Shown in pieces: positions 50,697 to 59,671 of a stretch of 64,000 nucleotides of DNA. Made by a program: the position numbers and the translations under genes. Every line of letters begins with the position of its first letter. Position 1 is the first letter of the stretch. Origin of the DNA: a virus; the IMG/VR virus record IMGVR_UViG_3300024348_000007. One strand, given 5' to 3'. Below the pieces are notes generated by a model that was not told where the DNA came from, ran no database searches, and worked only from the letters and a program-made list of their open reading frames with translations.

Positions 50697-51110
50697 ATGC
50701 CATCATATGCAGATTTAAACACTAGCATGCAAGAAAAAGCTGGGGCACAGCTACGCACGTTTGATAAAGGAATTACTATTACAATACAATCGTGGGTTCG
50801 TATTTGGGGGTTTGATAGCTCTTACGGATCATGGATGATTGTTAACGGCTATGGTTGGTATGGTAATAGTGCTCATTACCACAGATTTGAATATGTTAAC
50901 GCAAATAACACATTGTTTGAAAACTATCTTGATGGCGGAATATATACCGGTGGTATTATCCGTTCACAAGATGTTATTGATTCAATTACCGATGTTGTTC
51001 GAAGAGCTGTTGATTTGGTCGAAGGCAGACTAACTAACAGAAGTATGACTGCACGTCCTTGTCACCAAAGCTGTCATAGTAGTTGTCATACATCTAGAGG
51101 AAGAAGATAA
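50697..51110 (+). CDS. CHxS-repeat protein A (putative radical SAM substrate/precursor)
   Basis: 137 aa ending ...CHQSCHSSCHTSRGRR; GAGG RBS; paralog of the next gene. Confidence 0.8.
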   Translation: MPSYADLNTSMQEKAGAQLRTFDKGITITIQSWVRIWGFDSSYGSWMIVNGYGWYGNSAHYHRFEYVNANNTLFENYLDGGIYTGGIIRSQDVIDSITDVVRRAVDLVEGRLTNRSMTARPCHQSCHSSCHTSRGRR

Positions 51111-51532
51111 TGGCTGCATCAGTATCTGACATTAACTCATATGTACAAACATATTCTGGCTCACAACTAAGAACTTTTGATAAAACCGTCACATATACCG
51201 TAAATACGTATGTTCGGTATTATCGATTTGATAGCGCATATGGCGGTGCGTTGAGGCTTGACGGTGCTCAATATACTACAAACTCAACCTTTACTAGAAG
51301 ATATCTTCATTACTCCTGGACCGGGCGCGATGCACTCTTTGACGGCTATTATGACTCTGGAATTACTGCAGGTGGACTTATGTATGCTCAAGATATTGTA
51401 GATACTGTAGAAGATGCTGTAAGAAGAGCTGTTGATCTAATGGAGGAAAGAATCGTAAATACAGTCAAGACAATTAACGCGTGCCATGCTAGTTGCCATA
51501 GTAGTTGTCACACATCGAGAGGAAGACGCTAA
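51110..51532 (+). CDS. CHxS-repeat protein B (putative radical SAM substrate/precursor)
   Basis: 140 aa ending ...CHASCHSSCHTSRGRR. Shares QLRTFDK, FDS.YG and QD..D...D.VRRAVDL with the previous gene; TAATG coupling on both sides. Confidence 0.8.
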   Translation: MAASVSDINSYVQTYSGSQLRTFDKTVTYTVNTYVRYYRFDSAYGGALRLDGAQYTTNSTFTRRYLHYSWTGRDALFDGYYDSGITAGGLMYAQDIVDTVEDAVRRAVDLMEERIVNTVKTINACHASCHSSCHTSRGRR

Positions 51533-52707
51533 TGTCTATGCAAAAATCATATTGTAAACAAATGAGATATTCTGGACCAGAAAGTCTAACACCATCTGAT
51601 GCATCTAAATTCGATGTTCTTATTCAAATGGAAGTTTTAGCTGGGTGCGATCACGGTTGCTTAGGTTGTTTCGTAGATAAAAACATTAATCCTGATATGA
51701 ACCAACAAATTATTGATAGAGCAAAGGAACTCGCTGATGGTGTAAAAAGAACTGGGCTTAATCTTAGAGAATTTGTCATAGGTCCAACAGATTTCTTTTC
51801 TGCAACTAACACGGAGTCAGTTTTAAATAACTCAGTAGTCCAAGAGATTATGAGAGAACACGTTGGCGCTCGGATTGCAGCACCTGCAAAATTTGATATC
51901 GCTACAATGGAAAGAGTAAAAGAAATCTATGCAATTCTTGATGACGAAGATAAGTATCGCCGTGATATGATCATTGAGTTTATTATGCCAATCGGTAAAG
52001 TAGATCAGATGTTAAATGATGAAGAATACTTTAATAATGTTATGGAAAAAGTAGAATTCTTTAAAAATAATACACCAAAACAAATGGATTGGTCTTGGAC
52101 ACTACAGGCTTCTAACGTTGTTGGTAAGAAGATTGATAAAGAAACATATAACAAGATTGTTCAAAAATCAGTAAACGAATACAAGACTATTGTAGAAATG
52201 AACCCTGCTTTCTCAAGAGCGAGATCCCAATTGGTACAGCGTAGAAACCTGTTTGGATGGAACGATTTCCTTGGTAGAGTTATTGATAAAGATAACGCAC
52301 AAGAGACAGTTATGTCAATGGCTAATCTTTATTGTAACTCAATTAACTTTATTGGACTTACAATCGTACCAGGAGAACACGGACCTACTACACATTTAAA
52401 TGTAATGCTACACGAACAAGCATTCTTCCTTAATAATAAAAACTTAGACGTTACAGGTCTTACCTTCGAAGAAATATTAGATCGTAAAAACGAGCTAGTA
52501 ACCAAGGGCATAAATAGATCAAGCAAAGTATCTGATTGCAACGGATGCCAATTTGCCGTAGCTTGTGCAAGTAGACTAATTTTTGAAGCTCAAGAAACTT
52601 TAAACGTCGATGGATGTGTTTTAAACAAAGATGTCCTTGCAGAATATAACCCATACGATTGGACTTGGAACGACGATGCGATGGAAAAACTAGGAGTAAC
52701 ATCATGA
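51532..52707 (+). CDS. Radical SAM protein (GPTD-type paralog 1)
   Basis: CDHGCLGC (CX3CX2C), IGPTDFF, C-terminal CNGC-X5-C-X16-C. Start moved to ATG 51532, which overlaps the upstream stop. Confidence 0.85.
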   Translation: MSMQKSYCKQMRYSGPESLTPSDASKFDVLIQMEVLAGCDHGCLGCFVDKNINPDMNQQIIDRAKELADGVKRTGLNLREFVIGPTDFFSATNTESVLNNSVVQEIMREHVGARIAAPAKFDIATMERVKEIYAILDDEDKYRRDMIIEFIMPIGKVDQMLNDEEYFNNVMEKVEFFKNNTPKQMDWSWTLQASNVVGKKIDKETYNKIVQKSVNEYKTIVEMNPAFSRARSQLVQRRNLFGWNDFLGRVIDKDNAQETVMSMANLYCNSINFIGLTIVPGEHGPTTHLNVMLHEQAFFLNNKNLDVTGLTFEEILDRKNELVTKGINRSSKVSDCNGCQFAVACASRLIFEAQETLNVDGCVLNKDVLAEYNPYDWTWNDDAMEKLGVTS

Positions 52708-53786
52708 TAGGTCAACACCTTTATTTTTTAAATAACAAAAAATATATTACAAACTCGACTAATCTCGAAACTGTATTTTTCGAGATGAACTCGTTTTATC
52801 ACACGAAAACACCTAGAACAGTTTGTATGATTGAATCATCAATGCCAGACAGCCAAATCGTCCAGTATGATGTAAGAGTACGTGCTGATTCTATTCGCGC
52901 TAATGCCGGTGCTGATATTATTTTTAAACCTTGGGAAGAAGTTTGTACTAGTGAGTTTATCCAAAATAGCGAAAAATATATTCTTGTAGCTTGGGAAGAA
53001 GAAGATCAAATTCACATTCACGCAAGATATGCCGCTGGCTTATTAGCCGCTGCTGGTTTCTATGCAGATACTGATCACGACGTAAACACTATTGTTGGTG
53101 AATTTATGGAAAAAATCTTTGATTGTGATAGTATGTTCACGTATATGTCAGCGGCTCCTGCCGTTCAAGATATATCAAACACAGTTGAAACTATTTTGAA
53201 TAATCCAGAAACTCCACCTTTTGATGTTATATATCAAAACGGTAAAAACTTTAGCTATGACTTTTTATTCTTTTTAAACGAATTCTATCCCTGCGCAGAA
53301 GTACAAGCTCTGTTAATCGAGAAGTTTACAATTCATAGCGCTGATATGGCACAAGATGTTATGGAACACTTTACGTCACGGCGCCACTACTTGGCATATA
53401 TTCTTTCTGTAATTGATTGGATGAACAATAACGGTTTACCAGTAGATAAACAACAATTTGTAAACGATGTTTATATGAAAGCTGCTAATAAAGGTAATTA
53501 TCAAATTGCGTTTTATCAATTGGAAGAGTTATGGAATAGGGTAAAAGATAACGAAGCTTTCATTCTTGCACATACTGATAAAAGAGATAACACAAGAGAT
53601 GGTTGGGAATTTTGGGATATGTATACCGAAATAAGCAACGTATTCCCTATCGTTAAAAAGGTGCTTGAGCGTAGTTTTGATATGGATAATCTAACAGAAG
53701 ACTTGAGGTTGATTAACACTGATGTTCAGTTCTTCTCTAAAAGACAAAATAGAATTCCATATTTGATACACAAATACACATTATAG
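52704..53786 (+). CDS. Hypothetical protein in radical SAM cluster
   Basis: ATG at 52704 overlaps the upstream TGA (ATGA) with AGGAG RBS; no recognisable motif. Confidence 0.75.
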   Translation: MIGQHLYFLNNKKYITNSTNLETVFFEMNSFYHTKTPRTVCMIESSMPDSQIVQYDVRVRADSIRANAGADIIFKPWEEVCTSEFIQNSEKYILVAWEEEDQIHIHARYAAGLLAAAGFYADTDHDVNTIVGEFMEKIFDCDSMFTYMSAAPAVQDISNTVETILNNPETPPFDVIYQNGKNFSYDFLFFLNEFYPCAEVQALLIEKFTIHSADMAQDVMEHFTSRRHYLAYILSVIDWMNNNGLPVDKQQFVNDVYMKAANKGNYQIAFYQLEELWNRVKDNEAFILAHTDKRDNTRDGWEFWDMYTEISNVFPIVKKVLERSFDMDNLTEDLRLINTDVQFFSKRQNRIPYLIHKYTL

Positions 53787-53796
53787 GATGTAATAA

Positions 53797-54702
53797 ATGA
53801 ATGATAATGATACAAACAACTTGAATCCAGACAGAGAATTCGAAGATCACAAACTTTCAGAGCGTGAGAAGAATTTTAAAGCTTATACTTTACCTCTTGC
53901 TCCTCAAGATTTAGTTGCGATATATAAACAAAAAGAAGAAGATAAAGACTTTATTCTCTATGTAGACTACTATCAAACTAAACAGAAATTAAGCCCTAAG
54001 CATATTATTATATATTTGGCAAACACCAACTTTAAGGCTGGCTTTACTTTCTTAGATGAAGAATTAATTACAGAATATATTAAATCAGATTTTATGATTG
54101 ATTGTCCAATTCTTGTGCGTATGGTTTCTATTATAGTCAGAATGAGATTGCATTATGATATCAATGGTGCTGAAAAGAAATTAACTATTTTATTCCCAGA
54201 AGAAAAAATACATCAATTTATTGAACAGAACATTGAATTAGTCGATGAACTAATCGAAACTATTAGAGATTCTGTGCCGTGGGCTATGGTTAATTTGCAT
54301 GAAAACTTGACTGACGAAGCCAAAAAAGAAGAGAAAGAACTTACAAACTTTATTAATAATATTGATGTTTATGATAAACCATCGAATTGCGGACCTAACG
54401 TTGCACGATTTATTACAGAAGCTTGGGACGGGTTTTTATGTATTATTCATAATAAGGGTGTAAGCTCGACTTATAATAAAACAGTTTATAATGAACAACC
54501 AAAGTACTTTGGTAAAGATTTATACTACATTATGAACGAAACTAGGGTTATAGATCAGATTATGGCATTGTTCCCATCATGGTTTTGGGCTAAAATCGAA
54601 ACAGTAGATATAAACGCGCTATTAGAAGAAACTGAGGGCGAACATATCGATAAATTTGTCGACGGTCTTGAAGATAAGTTCAATGATAGTCCATCTAAAT
54701 AA
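53797..54702 (+). CDS. Hypothetical protein in radical SAM cluster
   Basis: 301-aa ORF, AGGA RBS, acidic and probably helical; no recognisable motif. Confidence 0.75.
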   Translation: MNDNDTNNLNPDREFEDHKLSEREKNFKAYTLPLAPQDLVAIYKQKEEDKDFILYVDYYQTKQKLSPKHIIIYLANTNFKAGFTFLDEELITEYIKSDFMIDCPILVRMVSIIVRMRLHYDINGAEKKLTILFPEEKIHQFIEQNIELVDELIETIRDSVPWAMVNLHENLTDEAKKEEKELTNFINNIDVYDKPSNCGPNVARFITEAWDGFLCIIHNKGVSSTYNKTVYNEQPKYFGKDLYYIMNETRVIDQIMALFPSWFWAKIETVDINALLEETEGEHIDKFVDGLEDKFNDSPSK

Positions 54703-55705
54703 TTCTTATGCTGGCTATTATACATATGATGAAGATAAAAGTCCAACAAATATTGATTTTCTCAGAACAGAAATAAATTTAGATATCTTACACGGATGTT
54801 CTCAACAATGTCCTGGATGCTTTATACCAAGAAAAAACTTAACAAAAGCAGATAACCTAGAAACCTTATATAATCTTCTTATAGAAGGCGCGTATTATCC
54901 TGACGAAATAACAATCGGCCCAACTGATATATTCGATGCTGAAAATTTCAATGAAATCATGAATCATCCTTATATGGAAAAAATATACGGAATATCTGCA
55001 GTAGGATTTACATCCACTTTAACTCAACCTTATCAATTAATAAGAGATAAACTTGATAAGATATGGAGTTTATATAACAATATAGCGAGAATACCGGATA
55101 TTGATTTTAAAATTGTTTTAGATATAAACAAATATTTAGATGGAGAATTAGATGATTGGTATCGTAAACTTGCGATGTTTAAACATGGTTCTGTGCAATT
55201 TAGAGTTAACTATCATAAAGATATATTCAAACGCATTTCATACAATGAATTAGCTCAAAAAGTATTCGATGACTTTAACGCGCCAGTTATAATCACGCCT
55301 TCTTTCTTAACTGATAGAAATGCAAGAGGTAAAGTAGAACAACACCTTGCAAACTTTAGACGTGAAATGGTTGAACAAAACATAGATAAAAAATGGCTAA
55401 ACTTATATACATTTTTTGATGCGAAGTTTAACGGTTATGGTTGTCAAAATTATAGTTTTTATAATAACAAACTCTATATTAATCCATTCTTATATGATGT
55501 GATTATTCAACGTACACCTCAGTTTGAAACAAATATGGATGCTAATACTTTATACGACAACATAGAATATGCACAACAAGTTGATGACTGTAATGGATGT
55601 GAATATATGATGAGTTGTGCAGAACGCAACGTTCATTTGTATATGGAGTCGAGAGGATTAGACACTTGCGTCGCATTGAAAGAATACATGTATGCCTCTA
55701 ATTAA
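54683..55705 (+). CDS. Radical SAM protein (GPTD-type paralog 2)
   Basis: CSQQCPGC, IGPTDIF, C-terminal CNGC-X5-C-X16-C; probable ATG at 54683. Confidence 0.85.
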   Translation: MIVHLNNSYAGYYTYDEDKSPTNIDFLRTEINLDILHGCSQQCPGCFIPRKNLTKADNLETLYNLLIEGAYYPDEITIGPTDIFDAENFNEIMNHPYMEKIYGISAVGFTSTLTQPYQLIRDKLDKIWSLYNNIARIPDIDFKIVLDINKYLDGELDDWYRKLAMFKHGSVQFRVNYHKDIFKRISYNELAQKVFDDFNAPVIITPSFLTDRNARGKVEQHLANFRREMVEQNIDKKWLNLYTFFDAKFNGYGCQNYSFYNNKLYINPFLYDVIIQRTPQFETNMDANTLYDNIEYAQQVDDCNGCEYMMSCAERNVHLYMESRGLDTCVALKEYMYASN

Positions 55706-56849
55706 GAATAATCTATACTATGAGATGACCACAGAGACTCAGACAAAGCCTGTATCAGCGGTTAAGATACAGCTAGACGTTTTAGACGGATGCCACCATA
55801 AGTGTCCTGGATGCTTTGTACACAGACGTGGTAACTCAAGTGATAAAAATCAGTTAGAGAATGCAAAGCAATTTATCAGAAGTATTACAGATCAAGGCAT
55901 ACTTGTTGATGAAATATTAATTGGTCCTACTGACTTTTTAGCATCAGAGAATTTCTTTGATGTCATGCCTGATTTATTAGATATTATAAATGAGAACTCT
56001 CCTATATTAGCGTTTGTTTCTACATTAATTGATGGAGACATAGAAGGATTTTGCGAGTTTATTACAGACTATGTAAATTTAGATACTGAGATAGAAATAG
56101 GTATTGCGTCAAATCCTTATAAGTTTTTCGATAAAGACTATTTACAACACATCTCTGATATGTTATATTATATAGATCAAAATCTAGAACATGAAGTAAC
56201 TTATACTTTTGTTGTTAATATAAGAGATTACGATCTAGATTATTCTGAACTTCACAGATACGCGGTAGAAAAGTTTGATACAATCCTAGATTTTATTCCA
56301 AGCGTATCGCGCTCTCATAAAGCAAAAATGATTTTAGAAACTCTTGATAAGTTTAATGATTACTTTAATGTCTTAGCCAAAGATACTAATCTTAATAACA
56401 TTATGGTTGATCATTCTCATGCTGGAATTAATTATACTGTTTTAAACTATAAAAGAGGAGAGTGGTATCTTAGTCCGTTTATGTATGAAAATATGGCAAT
56501 ATACCATGAAATGTTTAAGATAGATTCTTTTGAAGATGTCGTACCAATGGTAGAAGACCAGATACGTAGAGCAAAAGGAACTGAATGTGAAAATTGCGAG
56601 TTGTTTTTTTCTTGTTATAATAGAAAAATTATCTTATTAAGAGATTATTTAGGAGTCGATAGATGCATTGCTCCTAAAAAGAATATGTTGAACAATATAC
56701 ACAATTATAATGGCCCTGCACAAGAAATGTATAAATGGGAAGGATATTCTGTAGAGAATGACAAAAAAGGTTATCGCAAAAAGTTTTTAGTCACCACAGA
56801 TGATGATCCAGAATTAGAAAGAATTAAGGATATATCTTATGTTAAATAA
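55692..56849 (+). CDS. Radical SAM protein (GPTD-type paralog 3)
   Basis: CHHKCPGC, IGPTDFL, C-terminal CENC-X5-C-X16-C. Confidence 0.85.
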   Translation: MPLIKNNLYYEMTTETQTKPVSAVKIQLDVLDGCHHKCPGCFVHRRGNSSDKNQLENAKQFIRSITDQGILVDEILIGPTDFLASENFFDVMPDLLDIINENSPILAFVSTLIDGDIEGFCEFITDYVNLDTEIEIGIASNPYKFFDKDYLQHISDMLYYIDQNLEHEVTYTFVVNIRDYDLDYSELHRYAVEKFDTILDFIPSVSRSHKAKMILETLDKFNDYFNVLAKDTNLNNIMVDHSHAGINYTVLNYKRGEWYLSPFMYENMAIYHEMFKIDSFEDVVPMVEDQIRRAKGTECENCELFFSCYNRKIILLRDYLGVDRCIAPKKNMLNNIHNYNGPAQEMYKWEGYSVENDKKGYRKKFLVTTDDDPELERIKDISYVK

Positions 56850-57996
56850 TGATTGGAAAGATATAGTAAGTGGAGGCGGAATGGGTGAAGAGTTCGCTTC
56901 TATTGATAGTATGAAACAATATAAAATTCAAGTTAACCTAGAAATATTAGAAGGTTGCTCTTATATGTGTCCTGGTTGTTTTGTGAAACGTCGCGGAAAC
57001 TGGCATCCAAAATCAATAACAATGTTTCATTCTTTGGCTTACGAATTAAAAGATAGAACAGACATCGTATTAGATGATATTGTGATAGGACCTACTGATT
57101 TCTACGGAGCTGAAAACTTAGATGAGATTATCAATAATTTAAAATTATCTGACGCCATTAAGATGATGCCAAAAGATAATAGAAACATTCAACACAATTG
57201 TTCTATACTTGGTTCGTTATCTGAGAAAGATATTGAAGGAAAGATAAGAGATATTGAGAAATCGCCTTTAGGAGAAGCAGTAGAAGCCTGGGATGTTCAG
57301 ATCGCTTTGGATTTAAATCGATTAATGAATGACCAAGAATATATCGATGCGCTTGATGAAAGGATAGAGACATTTAAAAACAGCTCTTTAAACTTCGAAA
57401 TATCAATGGCTACTAATATCGTTCAAGGTGTAGAAGAAATACTATACCCAGCTATTGATTTTGTTCGTTCGAAATACGAAACTGTTATCGAAGTATTACC
57501 TTCTGTAGTTAGATCATTTAACCATAGTGCAAAGCACGGTGATAAACTATTTGAATGGAATGATATGTTAACTCGATTGGCATTAGATACGCATCGTTTT
57601 AAAAATAAGTTTCACTTCTTACAGGGAGATGTATCGCATAAAGCATTTAATTATTCAGTTATAAGTATTCACAAAGGAAACATGTATTTGTCTCCTTTCA
57701 TATACGAAAATGCTCAGATACACACAGAAGATTTTCTAGTATCTGATGGTTGGATGTGGTTACCAGATGCTGATATATCTGATTTCATACTAGATAGAAA
57801 GAATGAAATTGTCAATAGTCAAATTGAAAATAGTCTTGAAAAAGAATGTGGAACATGCAAATATCTTAACATATGCGCGAACAGAATGGTGCCATTAATA
57901 ATGGATACAGTATTTAATGGAAGAAAGGAATGCATTCTTAATAAAGATGTTATTGCTTTATTTGATGATGAGGTTTATCATGGGAATAGTTACTAA
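56839..57996 (+). CDS. Radical SAM protein (GPTD-type paralog 4)
   Basis: CSYMCPGC, IGPTDFY, C-terminal CGTC-X5-C-X18-C. Confidence 0.85.
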   Translation: MLNNDWKDIVSGGGMGEEFASIDSMKQYKIQVNLEILEGCSYMCPGCFVKRRGNWHPKSITMFHSLAYELKDRTDIVLDDIVIGPTDFYGAENLDEIINNLKLSDAIKMMPKDNRNIQHNCSILGSLSEKDIEGKIRDIEKSPLGEAVEAWDVQIALDLNRLMNDQEYIDALDERIETFKNSSLNFEISMATNIVQGVEEILYPAIDFVRSKYETVIEVLPSVVRSFNHSAKHGDKLFEWNDMLTRLALDTHRFKNKFHFLQGDVSHKAFNYSVISIHKGNMYLSPFIYENAQIHTEDFLVSDGWMWLPDADISDFILDRKNEIVNSQIENSLEKECGTCKYLNICANRMVPLIMDTVFNGRKECILNKDVIALFDDEVYHGNSY

Positions 57997-58999
57997 TAAC
58001 CTAAGAGCTGCTAAAGCTGATAAAGATTTTGATCTATCATTCTCTGAAGGACATGAAATTAAAGTACAGTTTAATTGCGAAGTATTATCGGGGTGTGAGT
58101 TTAAATGTAAAGGTTGTTTTGTAAACAAACTTGGTTCCAACATGGGATCTTATGATAGACTTAATAACGCTATAGATTTATTTAATGCAAACGGTTACAG
58201 AGTGTCAACCATTAATATTGGGCCTACTGATTTATTTGGTAATAATAATGTTATCGAGTTATTAAAAGACGAAACATTTCGAGAGTGTTTAAGCAAGGTT
58301 TCTACTATACAATTCGTAACAACCCTAACAAGCATTTCGCAAGAAGTTATTGAACTACTTAACAGCATCCCTAAAATAGATGGATTTTTATATGATTGTA
58401 ATATAGCTTTACAACCTCCTGTAAATTGGGATTGGGTAGAAGAGCGATTAGACCTTCTGAATGGATTTACGGATGATCTAAATTATTATATGGTTTATAA
58501 CATGGGTAATGATGACGAGTACAATTCTAAAGTGCTTGAAATGTCAGAACTTGTTGAGGATAGGTTTGACTCAATCCTTACATTAAACCCGTCATTCTTT
58601 AGAGCACCAAAATCTAAGGTTCAAAAACATCTTATTGAGAAATGGAAGAACTATGACTTCTCAGATAATCTTATGCCTAAAACATTTATTGACCAAGCGC
58701 AAGGTGGTTCTTTAGAGTTAAACTATACTTACTGCAACGAACGTTTCTTTTGGACGCCATTCGTATATGACATCGCTTTAATAGGTACTGATGAATTCCA
58801 AGTTAAAGATGAGAACGATATTGAATCATGGACTCAAGTAAAAGAAAATAAGTTTATGTCACAGTTGTCTTATTCAAGTAAAACTGATAACTGCGCCTCT
58901 TGTAAAAACCTAATGACATGTATTGATAAAGGCGTATTAAGTTATATGGAACATCATTCACTTACGGGCTGTACGTTTCCTGGAGTAATAACGACCTAA
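57980..58999 (+). CDS. Radical SAM protein (GPTD-type paralog 5)
   Basis: CEFKCKGC, IGPTDLF, C-terminal CASC-X5-C-X16-C; probable ATG at 57980 after GAGG. Confidence 0.85.
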   Translation: MGIVTNNLRAAKADKDFDLSFSEGHEIKVQFNCEVLSGCEFKCKGCFVNKLGSNMGSYDRLNNAIDLFNANGYRVSTINIGPTDLFGNNNVIELLKDETFRECLSKVSTIQFVTTLTSISQEVIELLNSIPKIDGFLYDCNIALQPPVNWDWVEERLDLLNGFTDDLNYYMVYNMGNDDEYNSKVLEMSELVEDRFDSILTLNPSFFRAPKSKVQKHLIEKWKNYDFSDNLMPKTFIDQAQGGSLELNYTYCNERFFWTPFVYDIALIGTDEFQVKDENDIESWTQVKENKFMSQLSYSSKTDNCASCKNLMTCIDKGVLSYMEHHSLTGCTFPGVITT

Positions 59000-59671
59000 G
59001 AATGTTCTTGGAAACGAATCATTAATCTTACCCCATTGTTCCATGCTATCTACAAATATATTTTTAAAAGTAACATCGATATCTTCCATTGGATAAATCG
59101 CCATCAGATCGTTACCGTAATTTAATCTAACTTCGTATGTTTCGTCTTTTAAAGGAAACAATAAGAATACATTAATCGCATGTTGATCATAGAAATTAAG
59201 AACGCCTGGTGCTACAAGTATCCCATGCTTGCGTAAATCTTCACTGTAATGAAATTCACAATTCATAAAATCTACTGGCTTCTTAGCTTTTAAATACCAA
59301 GGAGCTTCTAATTTCACGACAGCATATCCCTTATAAAAATCATCGCCATACTGTCTTTGTTCATGCACACCAGTACTGACTTGATGAGAATGCAACGGAC
59401 TTGCAGACGAAACCTTTCCGTTTGGTTCAACTCTAAAAATCATATCGGACCACAATCTCATTATAATAGCTTTTTGCATATATTGTGTAATTCCAGGACA
59501 AGCCTTTACAGTTGGGGTTGGAACCATAATGCCTGACTTTGAATTATAAACAGTGTACATTGTCGACAATTTTTTCCACCATGAAGGCTTTCTAATTTTA
59601 GATGTCCATTTAAAATTTTCGAAAACGCTTTTATCGTAAGTGTAAGCTTCAATCTCTAGTTTTTTTCTCAT
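58958..59671 (-). CDS. Hypothetical protein (TVKACPGI...W.D family, beta-rich)
   Basis: Long ORF ending the - strand cassette. TVKACPGITQYM..AIIMRLWSD resembles a recurrent phage hypothetical family of unknown function. Confidence 0.65.
   Translation of the reverse strand: MRKKLEIEAYTYDKSVFENFKWTSKIRKPSWWKKLSTMYTVYNSKSGIMVPTPTVKACPGITQYMQKAIIMRLWSDMIFRVEPNGKVSSASPLHSHQVSTGVHEQRQYGDDFYKGYAVVKLEAPWYLKAKKPVDFMNCEFHYSEDLRKHGILVAPGVLNFYDQHAINVFLLFPLKDETYEVRLNYGNDLMAIYPMEDIDVTFKNIFVDSMEQWGKINDSFPRTFLGRYYSRKRTARK

Noticed and set aside
3121-50758. Short antisense/out-of-frame ORFs within structural genes (e.g. 18328-18894, 36063-36731, 4275-4628)
   Set aside because: Fully nested in long, motif-supported + strand genes, with compositions typical of shadow ORFs.
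51060-51107. Reading the tail as a c-type cytochrome heme motif
   Set aside because: Spacing is CX3CH rather than canonical CX2CH, there is no signal peptide and no cytochrome c maturation genes are present; kept only as a minor alternative.
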